In this document: one piece after another, positions 50,282 to 58,456 of the stretch
Layout of the letters: each line of letters begins with the position of its first letter
How positions within the stretch are numbered: the stretch's first letter is position 1
Source of the DNA: Thermoplasmatota archaeon
GTDB lineage: Archaea > Thermoplasmatota > Penumbrarchaeia > Penumbrarchaeales > Penumbrarchaeaceae
Direction: 5' to 3'
Assembly: GCA_049472195.1 (NCBI GenBank)
Contig: JBLIRG010000003.1
Coordinates: 1 to 61,143, forward strand
DNA length: 61,143 bases
Program-made: the position numbers and the translations under genes
The notes under the pieces: generated by a model
Databases searched by the model: none
Seen by the model: only the letters and a program-made list of their open reading frames with translations
What the model was told of the DNA's origin: nothing

Positions 50282-51328
50282 TCACCCCACTATCGTATCC
50301 AGGTACAGGAGGAACGTCCCCACTATCGCGATCACTGAGAGCGGTATAAGATAAAGCCAGGACATGAAATCGATCTTCAATCTGGCGGCCCCGACCCTTA
50401 TCACCGTTACGGCCAGGAAGTACAGGACCTCGATCTTGATGAACCAGAATGCCATGTCAACCGCAAAGGCGGGCCATCCGTCCAGTCCCACCACAGGTGA
50501 GAAATTGTAAGGGAAGAATAGGGCCACGGCAAGCGCCGTGAAGGCCAGGGTCTTCACGGAATCGGATAGATAGAACATGGCCAGATTTGTTCCGCTGTAT
50601 TCCGCAATTATACCTCCGCCGATCTCCGTCTCGGCTTCGGGAGCATCGAAGGGGATCTTCGACAGCTCGGATGGTATGATGAGGAAGAATACCGCAGCCA
50701 GGAGGAGCAGCCCGATGATGCCCATCGGGCCCATACCGGACTGGTCCCAGAGCGCATTGGCGGGATCGGCGATCTCTCCCAGGTTGAAAGCCTCGATTCC
50801 AGCATCAAGCCTGGAAACCCTCCAGACCACGGCCAGGATAACTATGGCCAGGGGGAACTCGTATGACATCATCATGACCATCTCCCTCTGGGCTCCGACC
50901 GTAGCCAGTGGGGATCCCGATGCGAATCCGCCTATCGCCATCATCAATCCCGGGATTGCCATGAGGTATATCAGGAGGATGATATCTCCGTAACCCCCGA
51001 GTATTGGATTGAGCCCGCCCAGTTCCTCCATCACCCCGTCAACCGGTCCCAGGGGAACGAAGAATAGAAGAAGGAGCGAGGCAAGAAAAGCCACAAGCGG
51101 AGCTCCGTTGAAAGCCCACGGTACAGCCCTCTCGGGGACCACGTTCTCCTTCTGGAACAGCTTGAACACATCCCAGAACGGCTGCCTGATCGGAGGCCCG
51201 ACCCGTGCCTGAAGCCAGGCGGCAAACTTGCGATCGATACCCTTGAGGATCAATGAGACGATCAATGCCGCCGCAAGGACCAGGATGCCGGCTCCCAGGC
51301 GGAGTCCGATCTCATACAGCTCGTTCAT
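50282..51328 (-). CDS. mbhM: Mbh membrane anchor subunit (NuoH-like)
   Basis: DRKFAAWLQARVGPP, PFDAPEAETE, EYSG. Confidence 0.88.
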   Translation of the reverse strand: MNELYEIGLRLGAGILVLAAALIVSLILKGIDRKFAAWLQARVGPPIRQPFWDVFKLFQKENVVPERAVPWAFNGAPLVAFLASLLLLFFVPLGPVDGVMEELGGLNPILGGYGDIILLIYLMAIPGLMMAIGGFASGSPLATVGAQREMVMMMSYEFPLAIVILAVVWRVSRLDAGIEAFNLGEIADPANALWDQSGMGPMGIIGLLLLAAVFFLIIPSELSKIPFDAPEAETEIGGGIIAEYSGTNLAMFYLSDSVKTLAFTALAVALFFPYNFSPVVGLDGWPAFAVDMAFWFIKIEVLYFLAVTVIRVGAARLKIDFMSWLYLIPLSVIAIVGTFLLYLDTIVG

Positions 51329-52563
51329 CGCATCAACCTCCTTGTCTTCCTGACGGACATATCATGCAGAACGGACCAGTCGAGGATCTTCTCCCTGCCC
51401 GTCCCGCTGTCAACCATCGTTACCCGATCCATGCATCCTATGCAAGGATCGATGGACGCGATGATTATCGGTATGTCCGCGATCTGCTGATCCTCGAACA
51501 TCGTCAGCCAAGACATGATGTTCCCATATGTGGGAACCCTCACTTTCCAGGAATCGATCTCCATCTTAGCCTTCTTCAACCGAACGTAATGAATATCCTC
51601 CCCTCTGGGAGCCTCGACTCGGGCGATGCCCTCGCCCTCGGCCATTCTCAGTTTCGCCATCAGAAGCGCGGAGAGATTGGGTTCGGATGTGATCGGACCG
51701 TCGGGCAGGTTATCCAGACACCAGCTGACCATATTGATGGACTCGAACAGCTCCACCAGCCTGACAACCACCTGGCTGAACACATCGCCGTTGTTGGGAT
51801 AACCCAGATCCTCGGGGATGATGGCGTGGAAATCCTTCATCATGTCGCCGTATGCGGCATAGGGCCAGTCGAACCTGATATCCTTCCGCATCCCGGTCGA
51901 TCTGGTAAGAGGTCCGCAAGCGGACAGTTTGACAGCGTTCTCGTAAGTCAGAACGCCGACGTCTATCGTCCTGTGCTTGATCGTGGGATCCGAAAGGAAA
52001 ACATTGAGGACGGTGTCCTCGAGCTTCCTGTATCTTGCCAGGATCTTTCTTGCCTTTTCTATGTTCTCCGGAGAGATGTCCCTGCGGACTCCCCCGAATA
52101 TGTAATAGGCGTGGTTGACCCTGTTGCCGCTTAGAAGCTCCAGGAGATCCTGAACGTCCTCCCTTACCTTCCATGTATAGTGGAGGATCGAATCGAATCC
52201 CAGCTCGTGGCCGGCAACACCGGCCCAGAGAAGATGGGAATGGATCCTCTCGAGTTCCGCAACAATGGTCCTCAGATAATCCCCTCTCTCAGAAGGTATG
52301 ATCTCCGCGGCATGTTCAACGGCCCTGACGAATACGAACTGATGGGCGGCGGAGCATATTCCGCAGACCCTTTCGGTGAGGTGGAGGACCTGAAGCGGAT
52401 TTCTCTTCATTCCCATGTACTCGACGCCCCTGTGGTTGAAACCGGGCTGGAAATCCACGTCAACCACCCTTTCTCCCTCGATGGTGAACTTGAACTGGGT
52501 CGGTTCCTTGAGAGCCGGGTGGATGGGTCCGATCTCCAACGGATATGGGGGTGCGCTTGCCAT
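51325..52563 (-). CDS. mbhL: Group 4 [NiFe] hydrogenase large subunit
   Basis: L1 ERVCGIC and L2 DPCIGCMDR with cleavable C-terminal extension; EAPRGE. Confidence 0.93.
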   Translation of the reverse strand: MASAPPYPLEIGPIHPALKEPTQFKFTIEGERVVDVDFQPGFNHRGVEYMGMKRNPLQVLHLTERVCGICSAAHQFVFVRAVEHAAEIIPSERGDYLRTIVAELERIHSHLLWAGVAGHELGFDSILHYTWKVREDVQDLLELLSGNRVNHAYYIFGGVRRDISPENIEKARKILARYRKLEDTVLNVFLSDPTIKHRTIDVGVLTYENAVKLSACGPLTRSTGMRKDIRFDWPYAAYGDMMKDFHAIIPEDLGYPNNGDVFSQVVVRLVELFESINMVSWCLDNLPDGPITSEPNLSALLMAKLRMAEGEGIARVEAPRGEDIHYVRLKKAKMEIDSWKVRVPTYGNIMSWLTMFEDQQIADIPIIIASIDPCIGCMDRVTMVDSGTGREKILDWSVLHDMSVRKTRRLMR

Positions 52564-53195
52564 TACTCATCACCTCCCTTTTTCTTGACGATGGGAGGAC
52601 CACCCGGCGGATGCGGGCTGTAATCGGCAATAACCACCGTTCCGTCTCCGCCGCCGGATGGATCCTCGTGGATCTTCCTGACGAGCTTCTCCGGTCCGTA
52701 TTCGTCCTTCCTCCAGGGATATACCCCGACCGGAACCGCGTGGGTCAGCCACATCCTCCGGTTGTCCTTGATCCCGTCGATGGAGATTCCCAGGAACTCC
52801 TGCTTCTCCCTTTCCGTTGGAGTAACCGCGGGGAATACATCCGACAAGGATGGTATATGCGGATCGTCCTTCGGACATCTCGTTCCCAGTGTAACCGGAA
52901 CTCCGTGGCCATGGCTGCAGGAATGTATTTCAAAGTGGAATAGGACCTCGATCTCATCGCCAATATCCGATCCGGATGCAACGGTGTGATGTGGCCAGTT
53001 CTCGTCGAGATCCCGCAGGTGTCTGGCAGCCTCCACGAACCTCTCCCTCTTCACCCTGATGAACACCTGTTCGTACCTGGTTCTCTTCACGCCGTTCTCG
53101 AAGGCCTTCAGATATGGCTCCGATATGAAATCCCCTTCGAATTTCTTCTTGAAACTGTCAATTACGTCGCTAGCCGTGAGATACTTCGCACTCAT
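52563..53195 (-). CDS. mbhK: Mbh NuoC-like subunit
   Basis: IPSLSDVFP...EREKQEFLGI, YPWRKD; TGATG overlap with mbhJ. Confidence 0.88.
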   Translation of the reverse strand: MSAKYLTASDVIDSFKKKFEGDFISEPYLKAFENGVKRTRYEQVFIRVKRERFVEAARHLRDLDENWPHHTVASGSDIGDEIEVLFHFEIHSCSHGHGVPVTLGTRCPKDDPHIPSLSDVFPAVTPTEREKQEFLGISIDGIKDNRRMWLTHAVPVGVYPWRKDEYGPEKLVRKIHEDPSGGGDGTVVIADYSPHPPGGPPIVKKKGGDE

Positions 53196-53644
53196 CAGGC
53201 CTCCCCCCTTAGCTTCTCGAGGGCTTTCCAAGCCTGGACCACACCGTATGTGATCGCTTCAGGTCTTACCGGACACCCGGGAACATAGACGATTATCGCG
53301 TTCGGGTCCACCTTCTTGATGAACTCGTCGAAAGGTCCCTCGATGCAGTATGAATCGTAATACACCCCCGAGGTGGATCCGCAGTTCCCGCACAACAGGA
53401 CTGCCTTGGGGCCCGGTGTCTGCTCGTATATCCTCCGGACCCTGTCCGCGATCTGCCTGTTTACCGGACCGGTTACCAGAAGGACGTCAGCGTGTCTCGG
53501 AGTGCCAACGAGCTTTATCCCGAACCTCTCGACATCGTATCTCGGTGTGAGTGCGGCGACGATCTCGATGTCGCATCCGTTGCATGAAGCGGCGTTCACG
53601 TGGAAGACCCAGAGGCTCTTGTCAAATGATTTCGTCAGTTTCAT
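53195..53644 (-). CDS. mbhJ: Mbh small subunit (NuoB-like)
   Basis: SCNGCDIE, PRHADVLLVTG, GNC, PGCP. Confidence 0.92.
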   Translation of the reverse strand: MKLTKSFDKSLWVFHVNAASCNGCDIEIVAALTPRYDVERFGIKLVGTPRHADVLLVTGPVNRQIADRVRRIYEQTPGPKAVLLCGNCGSTSGVYYDSYCIEGPFDEFIKKVDPNAIIVYVPGCPVRPEAITYGVVQAWKALEKLRGEA

Positions 53645-53648
53645 AAGA

Positions 53649-55583
53649 TCACCACCCCACGAATGCGAGAACGAGCATCAGAACGACCATCGAACCCACA
53701 AACCAGAATACATATTCGTTTATCAGTCCTGAATGAAGCTTCTCCATGGGCTTGTAATACTTGGAAAGAGCCTTCGTGAAGCCCCAGTATACGTTGGAGC
53801 CGGGAATGGAGATCGGAACCCCGTCTATCTCCGTCGGATTTCCGAACAGATAGGGTTTCCTTCCCTCTCCCTTGGGGGTGGTGCCCTTCTGTCCCATCAT
53901 CCTTATCAGGACGGCAATGGCACCGGATATCACGATAGCACCGAGCAGGACAAGGGCATTGTAGGCTCCCTCTCCCGAGAACAGGGTCAGGTTGAAGGAG
54001 GTTGATCCCTCGACACCCGTCAGCGAGTAAACGGCCGGATCCACCAGCGATCCGATAACAAGGGATGGAACGAAGGTGAATACGAGTATTATTCCGGCGA
54101 GGATCGCCATACCGATAAGCATCGGAAGGGGCACCTCTCCTTTCTTCATATCTTCCCTCTTCGGACCCATGAAAGCCGAGTAGAATACTTTCACGAAGGA
54201 TGCAAGCGTCAGAAGGGATACCAGCATCGCAATGGCGCCGATTATCGGGTTGAACTTGAACACCGACTCGTAGATGAGGAACTTGGATGAGAATCCGTTA
54301 AGCGGCGGCACGCCAGCGATGGCCAGGGCGCCGATTATAAAGAACAGAACGGTCAGCTTCATATCTCGTCCGAGTCCTCCCATCTTGTTGAGATCCCTTG
54401 TGCCCGCCTTGAATATGATCGCGCCGGCAGTCAGGAACAGAAGACCCTTGTAAAGGGCGTGGTTGAATATGTGGAATATCCCTCCTGCCATGGCCGTCCT
54501 TCCGAACTCCACGAAGCTGTCGGTATTCCACACGGCCATTCCGACTCCGACACCAAGGAGCATGTAGCCCGTCTGGGAAATGGCGTGATATGCCATGAGC
54601 CTCTTGATATCCTTCTGAACAAGGGCCATGGTGACGCCGATGAACATGGACAGGATCCCAAGTACTATTATTGCGTACCCCGCGATGTGCACCCAGTTGA
54701 CCGTCACGCTCAGATTTGATCCGTAGAGAGTGAACACGCTGCGGAAAAGAGCGTAGAGGCCGGCCTGGGAAGCCGTCACGAACATGGCCGTAATGGGTGC
54801 GGGAGCCTCGGAATATGCATCCGGGGTAGCCATGTGCATGGGTACGGAACCCGCCTTCAATGCGAATACGGCGATCAGGATGCCCAGCACGATCTTGTCC
54901 ACCAGGAGCATCTCGGTATTTCCCCCGATCGCATTGGATAGATATATGATGTTCAGATGGCCGTATTCCCCGTACAGTAATCCCACCGCCATCAAGAGAA
55001 TGAGACCCGCTATTGTGGAATAGATCAGGTATTTTATCGCACCCTCGAATGCCTCGCCCCTGTTCGATCTGAATGCTGTGAGGCCGCAGACCGCAACTGC
55101 CGATATCTCGAACCAGACGAACAGGTTGAACATATCCCCCGTGAATACCATTCCGAAATTGGCGGCGAGCATGAGAAGCAGAAGTGTGTAGTACTTGTCC
55201 TGACCCGTGTATTTTTTCACGAATGCAATCGAATATACCACTGCCGCAAATGCGATGGTCGCCATTATCAGGCCCATGAAAGCGGACATGCCGTCCACGT
55301 AGAATGTGATCCTGGCAACGTTTCCGCCCGTCAACGGCGTCAGCATTCCGTCCTTTCCACCGAACACGTATACACGGTTCACGAGCCCGCTCTCCCCTTC
55401 CCCGAGCAGATCCCATGCAAATACATACATCAGCACGGCCGTCAGGAATACGCCGAAGAATGCCCAGACTTTCATAAGGCTCTTGTTCAGCTTTCCGAAA
55501 AGGGGAGTTGCGAAAGCAAAGAGCAGAGGGATCGCGACCATCAGGGCGGGCGCTTCCTGCATGAGATTGTCGAAGAAGCTCAT
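53649..55583 (-). CDS. mbhH: Antiporter-like subunit MbhH fused to an MbhI-like C-terminal segment
   Basis: TGDMFNLFVWFE, KRLMAYH, NHALYKGLLF, PPLNGFSSK; extra C-terminus KPYLFGN...YWGF...HSGLINEY. Confidence 0.85.
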   Translation of the reverse strand: MSFFDNLMQEAPALMVAIPLLFAFATPLFGKLNKSLMKVWAFFGVFLTAVLMYVFAWDLLGEGESGLVNRVYVFGGKDGMLTPLTGGNVARITFYVDGMSAFMGLIMATIAFAAVVYSIAFVKKYTGQDKYYTLLLLMLAANFGMVFTGDMFNLFVWFEISAVAVCGLTAFRSNRGEAFEGAIKYLIYSTIAGLILLMAVGLLYGEYGHLNIIYLSNAIGGNTEMLLVDKIVLGILIAVFALKAGSVPMHMATPDAYSEAPAPITAMFVTASQAGLYALFRSVFTLYGSNLSVTVNWVHIAGYAIIVLGILSMFIGVTMALVQKDIKRLMAYHAISQTGYMLLGVGVGMAVWNTDSFVEFGRTAMAGGIFHIFNHALYKGLLFLTAGAIIFKAGTRDLNKMGGLGRDMKLTVLFFIIGALAIAGVPPLNGFSSKFLIYESVFKFNPIIGAIAMLVSLLTLASFVKVFYSAFMGPKREDMKKGEVPLPMLIGMAILAGIILVFTFVPSLVIGSLVDPAVYSLTGVEGSTSFNLTLFSGEGAYNALVLLGAIVISGAIAVLIRMMGQKGTTPKGEGRKPYLFGNPTEIDGVPISIPGSNVYWGFTKALSKYYKPMEKLHSGLINEYVFWFVGSMVVLMLVLAFVGW

Positions 55584-55945
55584 CCTCTCAACCTCCTGAG
55601 TTCGTCAGTGGAGGTCACACCCATCTTCTTGTACACCTGCATTATGAAAGCCAGAAGAAGGGCCGTCGTCGCAACGCCGATGACGATCGAGGTGAGGGTC
55701 AGGGCGTGCGGGGTCGGCAGGGAATAGGTAGCGTCCCCGAAAAGCTGATTGGTGAATACCGGTGCGGCCAGCCTGTCCCCGCCTCTGTAGGCCAGGGTTA
55801 TCAGGAACAGGTTGACACCCGCCTCTATCAGGGTAATCCCCATCGCCAGCTTGATCAGGTTTTTCTTGAACATGATGATGTACAAGCCCGTGGCAACGAG
55901 TGCCACTACTGCCAGATATGGTAGTTCGGCCAGCATTCTATTCAC
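55580..55945 (-). CDS. mbhG: MnhC/MbhG subunit
   Basis: KNLIK, PTPHALTLTSIVIG. Confidence 0.88.
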   Translation of the reverse strand: MNRMLAELPYLAVVALVATGLYIIMFKKNLIKLAMGITLIEAGVNLFLITLAYRGGDRLAAPVFTNQLFGDATYSLPTPHALTLTSIVIGVATTALLLAFIMQVYKKMGVTSTDELRRLRG

Positions 55946-56819
55946 CCTCCTTTCCTTCGAAAGCGAAAAGTCCCATTGTCACTATTATCAGGGTGATCCC
56001 GGCGATCACTTCCATGCCAACGGCGATGTTCATGATGGGGACGGTCCCTCCAGTCATAACGTCGGCGTAGTTGGGGAACACTCCTCCATCCCACACCTTC
56101 TGACCGAAGATCGGGAATCCGGTGCCGGCGATGAAGTTGTAGAAGAAATATCCTCCCGTGAGACCAAGGAATGCCGTTCCTACGAAGGCCAAGAGACCGC
56201 TGCTCTCGATGACGGATAACATCTTCTTTCTCCAATCCGCCTTTCCGAAAGCGACGAGGACCAGGGCCATGAGCGTCGCCACGATGGCCCCTCCCTGGAA
56301 ACCGCCGCCGGGTGTAAGATGTCCGTGTATGATGATATAGAAACCGAATATGAGGATCGGAGCGAAAAGGAATTTCGTTATGGTCCGCACGACAGGTGAC
56401 ATAGTCTTCATCCTGACATCCGCCCTTGCCTTCTCCTTCCTGGTCTTTTCCCTGTTCTTCTTCGATTCCAGCGCGATCCTTATCGCGACGAGAACGCCGG
56501 TTACCGCGGCGAACAGGACAGTTGCCTCCCCCAGGGTATCGAAACCCCTGTAATCGAAGACGATCGCGGTCACGGCGTTCTGGGTTGCCGTTGCATTGGA
56601 CTGGGTGTTGTTCAGGAACCAATCATCCATCTGGGTCCGCTCGACCTCGATCCTGGATCCCGTCTCGTTGTCCCAGAGGTATACGGTGGAATCCGATTCC
56701 GTCCCCGGTGCGGGATCATCCGGGCCCGGCTCTCCGAAATCCCTGATCTCCCATACGGCAAATGAGAGAAGTCCGACCATAGCCAGCAGTACCACCAGCT
56801 TAAGACCTTTATTGATCAA
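55938..56819 (-). CDS. Fused MbhE-MbhF (MnhB-like) subunit
   Basis: NAVTAIVFDYRGFDTLGE (MbhE) and HGHLTPGGGFQGG (MbhF/MnhB) in one ORF. Confidence 0.88.
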   Translation of the reverse strand: MINKGLKLVVLLAMVGLLSFAVWEIRDFGEPGPDDPAPGTESDSTVYLWDNETGSRIEVERTQMDDWFLNNTQSNATATQNAVTAIVFDYRGFDTLGEATVLFAAVTGVLVAIRIALESKKNREKTRKEKARADVRMKTMSPVVRTITKFLFAPILIFGFYIIIHGHLTPGGGFQGGAIVATLMALVLVAFGKADWRKKMLSVIESSGLLAFVGTAFLGLTGGYFFYNFIAGTGFPIFGQKVWDGGVFPNYADVMTGGTVPIMNIAVGMEVIAGITLIIVTMGLFAFEGKEGE

Positions 56820-57076
56820 TACTCCTCCCTCCTTCGCGTGGATTTGATCGCAAAGATGATGATCGCCGTCGTAAGACCGGCACCGACCGCAGCCTCGGCT
56901 ATGGCTACGTCAGGGGCCTGAAGTATGAAGAACTCGAGCGACAGAAGCAGGCTCGCGGAGGCCAGTGCTATGGCGGCCGAGATCAGATCCTTCATCCTGA
57001 CCACGAGGAAACCGGATACCACGATTCCCAGGAGAACGGCTATGTGTATGGCGTCGTAAAGGTTTGCATATGACAT
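56816..57076 (-). CDS. mbhD: MbhD (DUF4040) subunit
   Basis: LQAPDVAIAEAAVGAG. Confidence 0.9.
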   Translation of the reverse strand: MSYANLYDAIHIAVLLGIVVSGFLVVRMKDLISAAIALASASLLLSLEFFILQAPDVAIAEAAVGAGLTTAIIIFAIKSTRRREEY

Positions 57077-57442
57077 CTACTCCACCTCCTCCCATTCGTC
57101 GATCACCGCCTGCTCCGGTTCGATACCCGATCTCCTGGCGGCCTTGGCTATTGCGTGAGCGCCCGTGGGATTGGTCAGGAGGAGGAATATCAGAGCAAGG
57201 ACCGTGTGCGAGATCAGAGTTATGAACACGGCTCTGTCCCCGCCTTCGGTATCCACGAATTTCTGTATACCGTAGATGATCACGGCCAGCGAAAGGAAGA
57301 TCGAGCCGAATGTCGTTGCCTTGGTGGCCGCGTGAAGCCGGGTGAAAACGTCCGGGAACCGGTGCAGGCCGAGACTGCCCAGTATTATGAACAGTCCGGA
57401 TATTGCCACCAGTATTATCATAGCAATAAGCCATCCATCCAT
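57077..57442 (-). CDS. mbhC: MnhG/MbhC subunit
   Basis: RFPDVFTRLHAATK, TNPTGAHAIAKAA. Confidence 0.9.
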   Translation of the reverse strand: MDGWLIAMIILVAISGLFIILGSLGLHRFPDVFTRLHAATKATTFGSIFLSLAVIIYGIQKFVDTEGGDRAVFITLISHTVLALIFLLLTNPTGAHAIAKAARRSGIEPEQAVIDEWEEVE

Positions 57443-57443
57443 C

Positions 57444-57731
57444 TCAGCTCACCTCCTCCTTCTCCTTCATGCCACCGATAAGCTTCGCAATGAACAGGGT
57501 CGTAACCCATGAAAGTATGGCGTAAACGATGGCAATATCGATGAAAACCACTTCCAGGTAATAGGCGCCCAGAGCTATCATAATGCCCACGACGAGGGTA
57601 TTGACGGTGTCGAGAGCCACCACCCGGTCCGGGGCCGTCGGTCCCAGAAGAAGCCTTATCACGCTTATCAGAACCCCGACCATGAGGACTCCTGCGCCTA
57701 TCAGGATCAGATTTGCTGCTGTGAAACTCAT
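57444..57731 (-). CDS. mbhB: MnhF/MbhB subunit
   Basis: GPTAPDRVVALD, DIAIVYAIL. Confidence 0.9.
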   Translation of the reverse strand: MSFTAANLILIGAGVLMVGVLISVIRLLLGPTAPDRVVALDTVNTLVVGIMIALGAYYLEVVFIDIAIVYAILSWVTTLFIAKLIGGMKEKEEVS

Positions 57732-58264
57732 TCAGATATCCTCCTTGCCCATTCGGGGAAACCTCCGCAGACCCCTCTCATCTTCTCCTCATCCGTCTTG
57801 GTGTCCTTGACGTTGATCCAGTGAACGTAGAGATCTCCCTTCCTCTCGTCCACATCAACCGTCAGGGTCCCCGGCGTCAGGGTGATCGAGTTGGCCAGGA
57901 TAGTCCTGCCCAGATTGGTTTTCAGGTTCGGGCTGATCTTGACGATCCCCGGTCGTATCCTGCCTGTTATCACACGGTAGGCTACATCCAGATTTGCCAT
58001 CGTAAGGGCGGCGAACCAAGGGACCAGATAAACGAGGAATATCCCTATCTTTACCGGGATCATCCAGGGTTTTGCTATCAGTTCGTTCTCTCCCTTTCCA
58101 AGCATCAACCTGGCGATACCGGCAACGGCCAGAGCGACGATCACACCGATTATCAGCTCCTCGAAGGAGATGAACAGGCCTAATCCCTCGCCTGACGGGT
58201 TCCCGGCCACCAGAAGCACATACAGAATAAAAACTCCCAAGGCGGTCACAATAAATGTTATCAT
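57728..58264 (-). CDS. mbhA: MnhE/MbhA subunit
   Basis: ANLDVAYRV, PGIV, ANSITLTPGT, LYVHWI. Confidence 0.9.
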   Translation of the reverse strand: MITFIVTALGVFILYVLLVAGNPSGEGLGLFISFEELIIGVIVALAVAGIARLMLGKGENELIAKPWMIPVKIGIFLVYLVPWFAALTMANLDVAYRVITGRIRPGIVKISPNLKTNLGRTILANSITLTPGTLTVDVDERKGDLYVHWINVKDTKTDEEKMRGVCGGFPEWARRISE

Positions 58265-58456
58265 ATCCTGGGCCTCCCACAGTCGTGACGGGTAGTAGAA
58301 AACAATTGGGAAAATAATGTTTTACTATTTAAGTGATTATTATATGTCCTATAGTGCACATCGAATGCACGGAACGAAAGATCCGGTGTCCGTCATCTTG
58401 ATACAGGACATCTTTCTGGAGAAATGTTCTTGAAAATCGCTATTCGGTCCTTTCCA

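Noticed and set aside
51325-52563. Mbx/MBS sulfane reductase or complex I instead of a hydrogenase
   Set aside because: All four Ni-binding cysteines and a cleavable tail are present, and hycI is nearby
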